In this document: positions 27,407-36,549 of the stretch, one piece after another
Position numbering within the stretch: position 1 is the first letter of the stretch
Layout of the letters: every line of letters begins with the position of its first letter
From: a virus
UHGV virus genome: UHGV-0253013
Reading direction: 5' to 3' (one strand)
DNA: 45,926 nucleotides
Position numbers and translations under genes: made by a program
Notes under the pieces: model-generated
Seen by the model: only the letters and a program-made list of their open reading frames with translations
What the model was told of the DNA's origin: nothing
Databases searched by the model: none

Positions 27407-28874
27407 ACTCCTGCTGTTGTGCCGACTGCGGAATCTCCCCCTCAACCTGAGTAACAGCACCTAACGGCATCGGCGCGTCTTCGATAGCGTTCTGAATGTC
27501 CTCGTCAGTCCAGTCAATTACACCTGCCTTGCGCAACGCAGCATAATAAGCGGTCGCTGGCAGCAGACCGGCGTTAATATCTGCCATCCACTGAGCACGG
27601 TCCTGCGCTGTCATCGGTTGCAGGAAGAACTCCATATTCAGCTTGAACTCAATCTCTGTGTCTCCACGCAATCCTAGCATCGCCGCTACCCAGCGCAACG
27701 CATCAGTATACGCCATGCTTACGTTACGTGCGATTGTCGCCATAACGGATGTATCAGCACCGCGTTGCAGACGGGCTGATTCGGCGGTGATTTGCTGCGT
27801 CGGGGTGATAAGCTGAGCGCCAATCTGAATGGCCTGATTCTCTTTATCCAGCATGTTCTGTTTGGCGAGGTTATTTTCTCCCGCCTGAACCAGAAACGCA
27901 TTGCCGCCGTAGCCAATGTTATGGCCTGAGCGCGACCCCATGCGCACGCCGTGAGGGTTGGCTTCTTTCCACTGTTCCATGCTCATGTTCTCGCCGGGGG
28001 CTATGAACAGAGTGGGCTGGCCTACAACGAAGCTGGACTCCTCATTGTCTGCGCTGTTGCGGAAATGCCCAATATTAAGCTCAGCCAACGGCAGCAAAGG
28101 TGCATCGTCAATGGTTGCATCGTTGTTGCTTGCACCAATGAACGTGAACGGGATTTTGCCGCGTAACTGTTCGCCAAGTTCCGGGAATATTTCGATTACT
28201 TCACCCTGAGCGCAACCTTCAGCGTCGAAGCGGTAAATGCGCTGGCGGTAGCGCCCGTCAATCAAATCTAGAACGCGGTATTGCTCACCGAACTTTGTTT
28301 CGAACTCTGCACCCGGTTCTGAGTATTCCCATACCTCACGCAACACAACCATAGTCACGCGGTTAACTGAACCGACGCGAGTCAGTCGCCAGTTGATGAT
28401 GTTCTCTGCGGTATAGAATACGATGACCGGGTTTAATAATCCCGCGTTCTGTTCGGCTGCCGTTGCTGCGGCGGTCTCTGGCGCATCAACCAGCAATCCA
28501 CCACGACCAACCGAGTCAATCTCCATTAGCGTATCCTGCGCGTGCTGCCACAGCCCGACACCGGAACCGTCCGTATTGCGCAACAGGTATTCCAGTTCAG
28601 GAGGGATAATCTGTTCAGGGTCTTTGCGCATCACTGACCCCACCACCCCCGCCAGGGTACGTTTAGTGAAGTTGTAGCAGATAGCACCATTCTCGTATTC
28701 TTCCTGTCGCTGTGCTGCGTAGGTCGGGTCAGGCTCGTTCTTCCCGACGTTGCGCAGGTAGCGAATAAGGTCGCCCTCCAGCGAGTGGCGTACCTTCTGC
28801 CATTTATCGAAGTGGTGCAGCCATTCCCGGTGTTTTGTCTTAACACCCTGATTCTGACCGTTCATAGTTAACAT
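27405..28874 (-). CDS. portal protein
   Basis: 489 aa ORF on the structural strand directly after the terminase region; size and synteny. Confidence 0.65.
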   Translation of the reverse strand: MLTMNGQNQGVKTKHREWLHHFDKWQKVRHSLEGDLIRYLRNVGKNEPDPTYAAQRQEEYENGAICYNFTKRTLAGVVGSVMRKDPEQIIPPELEYLLRNTDGSGVGLWQHAQDTLMEIDSVGRGGLLVDAPETAAATAAEQNAGLLNPVIVFYTAENIINWRLTRVGSVNRVTMVVLREVWEYSEPGAEFETKFGEQYRVLDLIDGRYRQRIYRFDAEGCAQGEVIEIFPELGEQLRGKIPFTFIGASNNDATIDDAPLLPLAELNIGHFRNSADNEESSFVVGQPTLFIAPGENMSMEQWKEANPHGVRMGSRSGHNIGYGGNAFLVQAGENNLAKQNMLDKENQAIQIGAQLITPTQQITAESARLQRGADTSVMATIARNVSMAYTDALRWVAAMLGLRGDTEIEFKLNMEFFLQPMTAQDRAQWMADINAGLLPATAYYAALRKAGVIDWTDEDIQNAIEDAPMPLGAVTQVEGEIPQSAQQQE

Positions 28875-29029
28875 AGATATAGACCCTCGGGTATGGGTGT
28901 CAAAAGCCTAATAAAAATTAGGTTGCAAGTCACCAGAAACTCGCTACTGCGAGTTTTACTTGCACCGGGCTGGCGGTCAATATATCTTATCATTAAGCAG
29001 ATAAAAATGAATTGTTGGAGGGGATACGT

Positions 29030-30409
29030 ATGGGCAGAAGAATAACTGAAGAAGAAATCAAAAACCGGTTAGCTATGTTTGGGTTTAAATTGGTTGAATA
29101 TGGCGGGTCGCAAGTAGCAAAATCCGTTATAAAATGCCCCAATGGACACGAGGAATTGAAGTCGCTTAACACCTTCACGGCTAATGGTGTGCGCTGTAAA
29201 TCTTGCGCTGCTGCTGAAAGGAGTCTGGCGTACAGCACCGACGAGACCGAAGCGAGAAGGATAGTCGAGGACATGGGGTATTCGCTGATAAAATACGGCG
29301 GCAATTTGTACCGCAAAAAATCTACCGTCCAATGTGCAAACGGTCATGTGCGCGAAGTTCGCATAGGAAATATGGTTAAGGGTCATCGCTGCAAAAAGTG
29401 CGTGGCGGAAGCAATGTGTTTGGCGGAAGACGTGGTTAACACCAGACTACCAGATGGGGTCAAGATGGATTTTTACTGCGGCAACACGCGGGGGCTTAGT
29501 CTATTTTCTTGCGAAAAAGGGCACTCGTGGTCCGCATCCGTGAATAACGTAGTGTCTCAACAAACGAAATGTCCTAAATGCTCTAATAACGTAAGTGGTA
29601 TGGAAAAAGAAGTTCTGTCGTTTATCCGCGGAGTATACCCAGGTGTTGTCAATACGTCCGTACGGTCGCTTATCTCGCCGTTTGAGCTGGACATAGTATT
29701 GCCGGAGATTAAGGTGGCCATAGAATTTAACGGCATCTATTGGCATTCCGAGGCGAATGGTAAACACCGTAACTACCACATAAATAAGAGATTAGCGTGT
29801 GAGAAACTTGGGTACAGGCTGATAAGCGTACGAAGCGACCTTTGGTTAGAGAAGCGAGAGCATGTTGAGCGCATTTTGAAGAACGCGGTAGGGGTACGTA
29901 CTGTGTCTATTTTTGCCAGAAAATGTCGTGTGGTAGAGATAGCCAACAAAGACGCATTCCAGTTCTGTGAGGACAATCACATCCAGGGTGGGACAAAGGC
30001 TACAAAAGCGTATGCATTACTTCACGCTGGTGAGGTGGTTGCGGTAATGACTTTGGTACATTGGCGCCGCAAGGACTCATGGGAACTGGTGCGATATTGC
30101 ACCAGTACGTCCGTGCCCGGTGGCCTAAGTAAGCTGTGGAAACATGTGACGCAAGAAAACAACATTAAGCAAGCGTTCACTTATACCGACCGTGACCTTT
30201 TCACCGGTGCATCTTACGCAGAAGCTGGGTTTATATTTGATAGCTGCTCCGTAGGGTTTCGCGTTGTCGTAGGAACTCGTACAGAATCCCGCCAGAAATG
30301 GGGCAAAGCTCCCGAGGGTCTTACCCAAACAGAGTGGTACGAACGAGAAAAAGTGTCGCGCATATGGGATAGCGGTCAGGATAAGTGGGAATGGGTTAAA
30401 GGGGCATAA
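29030..30409 (+). CDS. putative homing endonuclease: three Zn-ribbon-like repeats plus DUF559/Vsr-like nuclease domain
   Basis: ATG at 29030 after GGAGGGG. Repeats CPNGHEELKS...CKSC, CANGHVREV...CKKC, CEKGHSWS...CPKC; then ELDIVLPEIKVAIEFNGIYWHSE; opposite strand between portal and terminase. Confidence 0.5.
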   Translation: MGRRITEEEIKNRLAMFGFKLVEYGGSQVAKSVIKCPNGHEELKSLNTFTANGVRCKSCAAAERSLAYSTDETEARRIVEDMGYSLIKYGGNLYRKKSTVQCANGHVREVRIGNMVKGHRCKKCVAEAMCLAEDVVNTRLPDGVKMDFYCGNTRGLSLFSCEKGHSWSASVNNVVSQQTKCPKCSNNVSGMEKEVLSFIRGVYPGVVNTSVRSLISPFELDIVLPEIKVAIEFNGIYWHSEANGKHRNYHINKRLACEKLGYRLISVRSDLWLEKREHVERILKNAVGVRTVSIFARKCRVVEIANKDAFQFCEDNHIQGGTKATKAYALLHAGEVVAVMTLVHWRRKDSWELVRYCTSTSVPGGLSKLWKHVTQENNIKQAFTYTDRDLFTGASYAEAGFIFDSCSVGFRVVVGTRTESRQKWGKAPEGLTQTEWYEREKVSRIWDSGQDKWEWVKGA

Positions 30410-30420
30410 GCCCCTTTTTA
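30399..30420. terminator. bidirectional terminator
   Basis: AAAGGGGC-ATAA-GCCCCTTT hairpin then TTTACTT; between the rightward gene stop (30409) and the large terminase stop (30422). Confidence 0.55.
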
Positions 30421-30421
30421 C

Positions 30422-31672
30422 TTAAAGTGCGAAAGTCACCGGGATGTTGATTACTGGTTTAACCACCGGCATCTCGTAAACTACAGGATAGCCGAGAGCA
30501 TCCGCCATATGGTCAATGATGCCATCTTTAGCGGGCTCCCCGTTATCGTCGTATGCCTGCTGCTCCAGCGTCTTGGCTATCTCAGGACATAAGTGGTCGT
30601 TAACCCACAGCTTACCTTTTTCCAGCGCGGTATTCACTGCTAAAACACGGTCTTTAACCGGGGGGTTGGCGGATTTAGCGCGAACATCGAACCCGGCCTG
30701 CTGGAGTAAGGCGATGTCAGAGATTGACGCCGAGTTGGTTTTGCGGTTCTTGCCGCTGGCGTCCGGGTAAACGACGATGCGGTGGCCTTGCGACTTCCAC
30801 TTCTCAGTAATTACGCGCACGGTATCCGGCGTATCGAACAAGCCTTTCAGTTCTGCTACCGCGTGCCAGCCGTCTTTACGCTGCACATACACAGCGCTGG
30901 CGTTCTTCGTAACGTTGAAGTCCTGCCCGATGTACAGTGTGTCGCCTGGCTGGATTGTCTCTTTGCTGCGGTGCTTGTGGCGGTCGTAGGCGTAATACAC
31001 GCTGCCGGAGGTCAGGTTGACGAACTCACCGTTAAGGTACGCGTTAATCAGTTGCGCCGGGTAAGTCTCAGTCAGCGAGCTAATGTAATCCGGCGGCAGG
31101 AATCGCGCGTTCTCGTGTGTGGAGGCCTGCACCATCGAGTAACTCGGTGTCGGGTTCTCTTTGAACTTGGCGTAGACGAACTTGAACCCTTCAGGTGTCG
31201 TGGTGACGGAGATGTGGTTGGTTACTCCGGGGATAACCAGACGCATACGGGCGACGATTTTGTTCCATGCCAGTTCAGCTTTTTCTCGGCTCAGTACGTC
31301 CAGTTCATCCACGACCGCGGCGGCGATTTTGAAACCCACAATCGAACCGGGGTTATCCATAGAACGACAGATAACCGTTCCGAGCACCGTCTTACCGCGA
31401 GTAACCACGACCTCTTTGTCTCCGGATTTAACCAGCACATCGAGGCCGAGGAGGTTAGCCGCCTCTTCGAATGTCGGGTAGAAGATGTCGCGGATAGCTG
31501 GGTATGTCGGGCCGAAGTAGCCGAGGCGCGTACCGGGGTGCTTGAGCATAAACGTAAGCAGGTCCAGACAGCCGACAAATGTCTTGCCGCTGCCGAAACC
31601 GCCGACATAGGCTTTGTATTTGTTATCGCAATTCAGAAACAATGCCTGAGGGGCCGATAGCTGAATACTCAT
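30422..31672 (-). CDS. terminase large subunit
   Basis: Walker A GGFGSGKT near the N-terminus, 416 aa, directly downstream of the small-subunit gene. Confidence 0.8.
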   Translation of the reverse strand: MSIQLSAPQALFLNCDNKYKAYVGGFGSGKTFVGCLDLLTFMLKHPGTRLGYFGPTYPAIRDIFYPTFEEAANLLGLDVLVKSGDKEVVVTRGKTVLGTVICRSMDNPGSIVGFKIAAAVVDELDVLSREKAELAWNKIVARMRLVIPGVTNHISVTTTPEGFKFVYAKFKENPTPSYSMVQASTHENARFLPPDYISSLTETYPAQLINAYLNGEFVNLTSGSVYYAYDRHKHRSKETIQPGDTLYIGQDFNVTKNASAVYVQRKDGWHAVAELKGLFDTPDTVRVITEKWKSQGHRIVVYPDASGKNRKTNSASISDIALLQQAGFDVRAKSANPPVKDRVLAVNTALEKGKLWVNDHLCPEIAKTLEQQAYDDNGEPAKDGIIDHMADALGYPVVYEMPVVKPVINIPVTFAL

Positions 31673-32214
31673 TCCTCTACCTCGCCCATGTTCGTTGTTA
31701 CGATTTTACCTACAGGCTCCGCAACACTGAAAACAATCTCGGTCGGTGCTATTTCTTCGGTGGATTCAACCGGTTTCTCTTTGCTAAGGCCAAGCTTAGC
31801 TGCGGCAAACGTAGCAGAGATACCCGCAGCCCCTGTCTCTGTGAAGTACGCCTCTTCCAGCGCCTGCGCCGTTTCATAGGCTTCTGCAAATGCGGGAATC
31901 TCGCGCAGCCACAGCTTAATAATTGGGATAGTGACGCCGATGTGTAAGGCGAAGCGGGCCAGTGACGGCGGTTTATCCTGAATCAGCGGGCGTTCGTCAC
32001 CCTTGGATGTAGGCACGAGTTCCCACGACGAGCGGTCGAAGAAGCGAATCAGTTCGTCGCAATAGTCCGGGTCCCACAACGCGGCGGAATTACGGGATGA
32101 TTGATAAAGGCTCTGTTTACCGCGCGGTCGTTTACGGCGACGGTTTGCGCTAACAGCTTCTTCATGTGCAGCTTGCACCACCTCTGGCGATGGCTGCTTG
32201 AGTTTCAGCTTCAT
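31669..32214 (-). CDS. terminase small subunit
   Basis: Basic N-terminal region; ATGA-coupled to the large subunit. Start moved to the ATG at 32214 preceded by AAGGGGA. Confidence 0.5.
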   Translation of the reverse strand: MKLKLKQPSPEVVQAAHEEAVSANRRRKRPRGKQSLYQSSRNSAALWDPDYCDELIRFFDRSSWELVPTSKGDERPLIQDKPPSLARFALHIGVTIPIIKLWLREIPAFAEAYETAQALEEAYFTETGAAGISATFAAAKLGLSKEKPVESTEEIAPTEIVFSVAEPVGKIVTTNMGEVEE

Positions 32215-32386
32215 AGAATCCCCTTGCATATGCGTCTGACCATCAGAGCGCACCAGACGCGCCCTACGCGTCTAAAGGGATTATATAAGGGGATTGGGCG
32301 GGATGTACAGAAAAGCCCTCAGTAGAGGGCTTGTATCAGTTATATAGGCCGTGTCGTGGTGCTCTTTTACCGTCTCCGCCGTAATG

Positions 32387-32402
32387 GCCGTTAGCTAACG
32401 GC
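32387..32402. repeat. perfect 16-bp palindrome GCCGTTAGCTAACGGC upstream of the terminase genes
   Basis: Exact self-complementary 16-mer in the 275-nt non-coding stretch between the early genes and the small terminase gene. Confidence 0.6.
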
Positions 32403-32528
32403 AATAGCCCGGGCGTACATGAAATGATAAAGTTTCATAGTTATAATACTGCCTGTATAGTTTTAAGAAGGCCGTAGGAGTGCAAAATTACCGCTGTCAT
32501 AAACCCGAATGCAGCGCCCCACATAAAT

Positions 32529-32792
32529 TTATTCATCCCCGCTCCCCTCTTTAGCAATGCGTTGCTCAGTTTTAGTGATACCACGGCGCGTGAATAACAC
32601 CGGGCTTGTCTTAACGTGCGTCATGAGACGATTGTTATAAATTACGTGGCGCTCGCAGTTCACGTCTTTGCTGTACTTCGCAATCGTCATTTCGTTGATG
32701 CCGGTTTGTCGGCACGTCTCCGCCATCGTGCCAAATTCTTTAATCAGGTTCGGAATGCTGGTAATCATCCTAAGAAATTCCTCGTTGTCCAC
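32529..32792 (-). CDS. small HTH-like protein
   Basis: 87 aa; ETCRQTGINEMTIAKYSK resembles a helix-turn-helix. Confidence 0.35.
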   Translation of the reverse strand: MDNEEFLRMITSIPNLIKEFGTMAETCRQTGINEMTIAKYSKDVNCERHVIYNNRLMTHVKTSPVLFTRRGITKTEQRIAKEGSGDE

Positions 32793-32937
32793 ATCGCATT
32801 CGTATATTTGTTATCGCGGTCCTGCACTACGGCAATCATGTTACCGCGTTGCACGAGGCAGAAGTGCCGTTGTTGCTCGCCGTTGTAACGACGCCAGATT
32901 GCTTCTTCGATTGCCGCGTTAATGTCACTGAACATAA

Positions 32938-33129
32938 TCACCCCACCATCTCATCACCAAGCCGCGCCGTCTCACGTATATCGTCGACCACACAGGCGGC
33001 GTGCTCGCGGCTAATTGCAAAAATGTAGAAGCTAAACTTCTTCCCGTCGGCGTCGATGTGGTTAACCGAGTATGGTTTCCACAGGACGCCGTCAATAACT
33101 ACTGGTTCAGGCGCTTTCATCGTCAACAC
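32938..33129 (-). CDS. hypothetical small protein
   Basis: One of a chain of overlapping small leftward ORFs downstream of the promoter at 33824-33852. Confidence 0.35.
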   Translation of the reverse strand: MLTMKAPEPVVIDGVLWKPYSVNHIDADGKKFSFYIFAISREHAACVVDDIRETARLGDEMVG

Positions 33130-33319
33130 CGTAATCGAACTCAGGGGAAAGGAGTAGCTTCTGTTCTTCTTCCTTCAACTTATTGAGCAACAACTTAAAT
33201 GCCTCCAGTTGAAACTCACCGTTAATTGACAGTTGCCCGCCTAGCGTCTGTTTCTCTGACTCAAGCACCATAATACGGCGCTCGAGCGATGCGATTGTGA
33301 TTTTAGGCATTGGTATCAC
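33107..33319 (-). CDS. hypothetical small coiled-coil protein
   Basis: Small ORF in the early gene chain. Confidence 0.35.
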   Translation of the reverse strand: MIPMPKITIASLERRIMVLESEKQTLGGQLSINGEFQLEAFKLLLNKLKEEEQKLLLSPEFDYGVDDESA

Positions 33320-33488
33320 CTTTGTTCAGGTTGAAGCGGTTAATCAGTTCACGGCGAGTCTCGTAAAGCGACTCTACCATTTGCTCCGCTACTGCGATTT
33401 TAGTATTCAGGACGTGCATCACGTGGCTTATGTCTACGCCGCCGTTAACGGCCTCTACCATCATCTTTTCGTATTCACGGTCAGTCAT
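33303..33488 (-). CDS. hypothetical small protein
   Basis: Small ORF in the early gene chain. Confidence 0.35.
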   Translation of the reverse strand: MTDREYEKMMVEAVNGGVDISHVMHVLNTKIAVAEQMVESLYETRRELINRFNLNKGDTNA

Positions 33489-33643
33489 TCTTTACGCTCT
33501 CCCCACATGCGATTGAGATACTTGTTCTTGTCCGGCCCCGGGAAACTGTTACGTTTCATCAGCTCCTCGCATGTCGGGAACGGGGTGTGACTGACTTTAC
33601 GGCCTACTCGTAACGGTTGGCTTACTTGACCTTGTTCGCTCAT
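33485..33643 (-). CDS. hypothetical small protein (52 aa)
   Basis: ATGA-coupled ORF (MSEQGQVSQPLRVGRK...) below the track size cut-off. Confidence 0.3.
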   Translation of the reverse strand: MSEQGQVSQPLRVGRKVSHTPFPTCEELMKRNSFPGPDKNKYLNRMWGERKE

Positions 33644-33789
33644 TTCTTCTCTCCCGCATAAGCTGCTTTCAGTGTCTGCATCGCGGCGAACCAGAACGCG
33701 TCCGCTGGAATACTGCTGCTCAGGTTACTAACGGCGATACGTGCCATCAGTTGTGCGTCTTTGAATGCTTCGATATCTGTGATTTTCAT
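33640..33789 (-). CDS. hypothetical small protein (49 aa)
   Basis: First ORF after the promoter (MKITDIEAFKDAQLMARIAV...). Confidence 0.3.
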   Translation of the reverse strand: MKITDIEAFKDAQLMARIAVSNLSSSIPADAFWFAAMQTLKAAYAGEKK

Positions 33790-33823
33790 TTCTCTCTACT
33801 CCGTTCTCGTTGTCGATGGAGTA

Positions 33824-33852
33824 AATATAATAGGGTCGATGGTAATAGTCAA
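33824..33852 (-). promoter_or_regulatory. sigma70-like promoter (TTGACT-N17-TATATT, minus strand)
   Basis: Minus-strand read GTTGACT, 17 nt, TATATT; about 35 nt upstream of the ATG at 33789. Confidence 0.5.
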
Positions 33853-34059
33853 CTAGTCATCGCAGAAAATAGATAAAAAAAATCCCGGCTGGGTCAGGGC
33901 CGGGATAAAACTGGAGAGCAGAGGGATGGAACAGGAGGTGATTTAAGTATCGTCGGATTGGTCTTAGGTGTCAACCTTTTCGACTCCCGCCAATCATACC
34001 CCAAATCACGCCAACTACCGCACCAGCTCCAATAGCCAGGAAAATGAAGTCAAACTCTG

Positions 34060-34545
34060 TCATTTAACAGCCCTCCCGATAGCCTCAGCCTCTTGCCACG
34101 GTTTACCGTCGAACAGCGCCAGACGCCCGGCGGTCCGGCGACGCAGACCAAGTAATGGTTTGCCGTTCTGGTTGATGAACAGCGCCAGCTTAGCCCGCAG
34201 TGTCGCGATATCACCAGAACGCAGCGCCTTACCGGTGCCTGTAGTAGCTGCAATCACACCAGAACCCGCGTTATAGACCAGGTCGCAAACAGCGTCGAAC
34301 TGCGCCTGTGTCAGTGAATGGTGAGCTGCTGCGTCAACCGCAGCTACGGCTTTAGCCATATCGCGATTCAGTAACAGGAGGCCCTGCCCCGGGGTGATGG
34401 TCTGGCCCGCCTTAACGTGCGGACCATAGCTCCCGTAGCCGATGGTCAGATACTTCTCGTTCGGCGTAGCACGATACGCAGTACCACGGAATCCCTCGAA
34501 CGCAGCGGTAAAATGCAACCCATTATCTGAAATGTTTCGAGACAC
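34060..34545 (-). CDS. endolysin, lysozyme-type (GH24-like)
   Basis: ISDNGLHFTAAFEGFRGTAYRA...TIGYG matches the T4/lambda-R lysozyme N-terminal signature. Start placed at GTG (34545) with GGAGGA 8 nt upstream; the track's TTG start at 34596 has no RBS. Confidence 0.7.
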   Translation of the reverse strand: MSRNISDNGLHFTAAFEGFRGTAYRATPNEKYLTIGYGSYGPHVKAGQTITPGQGLLLLNRDMAKAVAAVDAAAHHSLTQAQFDAVCDLVYNAGSGVIAATTGTGKALRSGDIATLRAKLALFINQNGKPLLGLRRRTAGRLALFDGKPWQEAEAIGRAVK

Positions 34546-34795
34546 GCTTATGTCCTCCGTATGACAGCCACGCCTGACGAATCTGGCGCAGCGCAACTAA
34601 TGTGATTAATGTCCCAGGCAGCGTTGGCGACATACTGCCCTGTAACAGGTGGATGCATCCGGCAGCGCAAACGATAGCAGTCAGGATGTAGAGCACCCGA
34701 CCAAATAACCCATCGTCAACACTGGGGTGGTATACATTAAACAGCGATGTGCCACCGATTGCCAGCATACCGCCGAACCAGAATAACTCATTCAT
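34523..34795 (-). CDS. second lysis membrane protein (holin/antiholin-like, 2 TM)
   Basis: Start at the internal Met (MNELFWFGGMLAIGG...); two hydrophobic segments; overlaps both neighbours. Confidence 0.4.
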   Translation of the reverse strand: MNELFWFGGMLAIGGTSLFNVYHPSVDDGLFGRVLYILTAIVCAAGCIHLLQGSMSPTLPGTLITLVALRQIRQAWLSYGGHKRVSKHFR

Positions 34796-35096
34796 CCGGG
34801 CCTCCTCGACGTGCGATGTATTCTCCGGCGACGATACCGGAGAGGCGGGAATAGATAGGCATCCAGAGAATAGCGATAATGAAGCCCAGGCCAGATATCT
34901 CGCGTTCGCCGGTAATACCAAACCATTGGGCCGCGAGAGGCGCACCAAATACGGCGCAGGTGAAGCCGGTAGCGATAAAGCAGAAGCCATCAATAGGGCC
35001 AGAAATAACGGACTTATGTTGCCGTAGGCCGATTATCCCTCCGGCTAGTGCGGCAGCGAGAAGCCACCCCGTCACTGTTTCAGTAAATTTATCCAA
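34788..35096 (-). CDS. holin-like membrane protein
   Basis: 102 aa with hydrophobic helices (WLLAAALAGGIIGL, FCFIATGFTCAVFGAPLA, GLGFIIAILWMPIY) and charged C-terminus; immediately upstream of the endolysin. Confidence 0.5.
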   Translation of the reverse strand: MDKFTETVTGWLLAAALAGGIIGLRQHKSVISGPIDGFCFIATGFTCAVFGAPLAAQWFGITGEREISGLGFIIAILWMPIYSRLSGIVAGEYIARRGGPDE

Positions 35097-35171
35097 GATG
35101 AATCCTCCAGGTGCGTATTAAGTATGCAGTAACTGGAGGATACCACGGGTAGGAATTATCCTAATAACGGT

Positions 35172-35465
35172 TTATTTATGTCTCCAGATGTATTGTCGTC
35201 TCTGAGGTTTCGTCGGAATATCATCGTATCCCAGCGATTTCCAGTAATTAAATAGCCGATTAGCGATAGCCGCGCGTTCCTTTGTCTTGAACTCACCGAG
35301 ATTCACTGCCTTCCCGTTCTGGAATCCGCAGGCGCGGACAGCTTTACGTCTGGCCTGAATCTCCTGGTACAGCGCATTACGGCGGCGCTTGTATATTCGT
35401 GTGTTCGCTCTCGGTGACAGCGGCGCAAGGCCGCTTCGTTTCAGGATGTCAGTTGCTAACGACAT
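35172..35465 (-). CDS. hypothetical basic protein
   Basis: Start at the internal ATG coupled (ATGA) to the upstream gene. Confidence 0.35.
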   Translation of the reverse strand: MSLATDILKRSGLAPLSPRANTRIYKRRRNALYQEIQARRKAVRACGFQNGKAVNLGEFKTKERAAIANRLFNYWKSLGYDDIPTKPQRRQYIWRHK

Positions 35466-35662
35466 CACTCCACCCCTTCCACATGTGTAAATGACCCACA
35501 GTTCGCGCACTCAACGTAATCCGGGAACTGGTCCTTGTATTTCTGTAACTCAGCTTCGAGTTCCTTGTAGTCTTCGTAACGGACCACCTCGACCCAATCC
35601 TCGTAGAACGCATCCCCGCCTAATTCAGTCCCTCGAACCTCATATTTACGAACCATAATCAC
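35465..35662 (-). CDS. hypothetical protein
   Basis: Small acidic ORF in the early leftward operon. Confidence 0.35.
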   Translation of the reverse strand: MIMVRKYEVRGTELGGDAFYEDWVEVVRYEDYKELEAELQKYKDQFPDYVECANCGSFTHVEGVE

Positions 35663-35880
35663 TTCTCCTGTTTACCAAGTCGCTTAGGTGAGCAGATAGC
35701 GCGTACCCCTGAATCGTTGGGCTTGTCGCCCTGAAACAGGAAGTGAGCGTTCTCTGCGGCGCGTGCCGCTGACTGGCACGCCTCCATCGAATAGAACGTT
35801 TCTGATGCCGCCAGGTGCATCTGGCCTGCGGACAATACCCATATAAATAAGATGCTGGTCATTCGTTTATTGCCCCGCAT
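35659..35880 (-). CDS. small secreted protein (signal peptide)
   Basis: Hydrophobic N-terminus MTSILFIWVLSAGQMHLAAS then a short soluble region with Cys residues. Confidence 0.4.
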   Translation of the reverse strand: MRGNKRMTSILFIWVLSAGQMHLAASETFYSMEACQSAARAAENAHFLFQGDKPNDSGVRAICSPKRLGKQEK

Positions 35881-36359
35881 TTAGCGCAACACCTAACCTC
35901 TTCACCGTTAGGGTAATAATATTCCCACTCATGTTTGCATTCCTGATTATCAGCTTTCGGTTTATACCCATCGTCGTCCCACTCACGGGCGCCGCATTCG
36001 CAGCAAAACCTACTACCCGGCACATTGCCCTTGTGGCCTTCAGCAATAAACAATCCGGGAGCGATAATCCAATTGTGGTCACACTCCTGAGTATCTTCCT
36101 TACGGCAACCAGATTGCTCAGTAACATCGATGTACTCCTGAGCGTTACCGGTAGACTTAGCTATCTCTTTACGTAAACGAACGACGGTGTTATTGGTTGT
36201 ATCAAGTTCCTTCTGCAACTCCTTAATCTGCGCCGAAGCATCACGTAACTGGTTCTTAAGTGACAACACCCCATGCGCCAGGTCTTCGCACTGGTTGTTA
36301 TTTACCTGCTGCCGTAGTTGGTCAATCAGGTACTCGAATACTTCGTTTTTGTTACTCAT
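35859..36359 (-). CDS. coiled-coil protein with duplicated Cys-rich Zn-ribbon-like module
   Basis: Start at ATG 36359 after AAGGGG; N-terminal coiled coil; repeats CDHNW...CCECGA and CKHEWEY...CCAKCGA. Confidence 0.45.
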   Translation of the reverse strand: MSNKNEVFEYLIDQLRQQVNNNQCEDLAHGVLSLKNQLRDASAQIKELQKELDTTNNTVVRLRKEIAKSTGNAQEYIDVTEQSGCRKEDTQECDHNWIIAPGLFIAEGHKGNVPGSRFCCECGAREWDDDGYKPKADNQECKHEWEYYYPNGEEVRCCAKCGAINE

Positions 36360-36520
36360 CAGCTTCACCCCTTTTCCCATCCACCCCGACTAGCAGCGAT
36401 TTAGTGTCGCCGTCGCACACCGAAGTGCTACCCATTATTTCGTAAGCGTCTACCAGTTCGCCTAAAGTCCAGCTACCGTACCAGCCCATCTTCTGTCTCT
36501 CCTCTCGTTTGTGTAAATGA

Positions 36521-36549
36521 ATAGTAGCCTATTCTATCTTAGTGTGCAA
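36521..36549 (-). promoter_or_regulatory. sigma70-like promoter, class A (TTGCAC-N17-TACTAT, minus strand)
   Basis: Minus-strand read CTTGCACACTAAGATAGAATAGGCTACTATTCA; the -10 overlaps an AATAGGCTACTATT inverted repeat. Confidence 0.5.

Noticed and set aside
30782-31660. 292-aa plus-strand ORF
   Set aside because: Antisense to the large terminase gene, which carries a Walker A motif and a proper RBS.
34596-34596. Track start (TTG) of the lysozyme ORF at 34596
   Set aside because: No RBS and an atypical N-terminal extension; the GTG at 34545 with a GGAGGA RBS gives a canonical lysozyme N-terminus.
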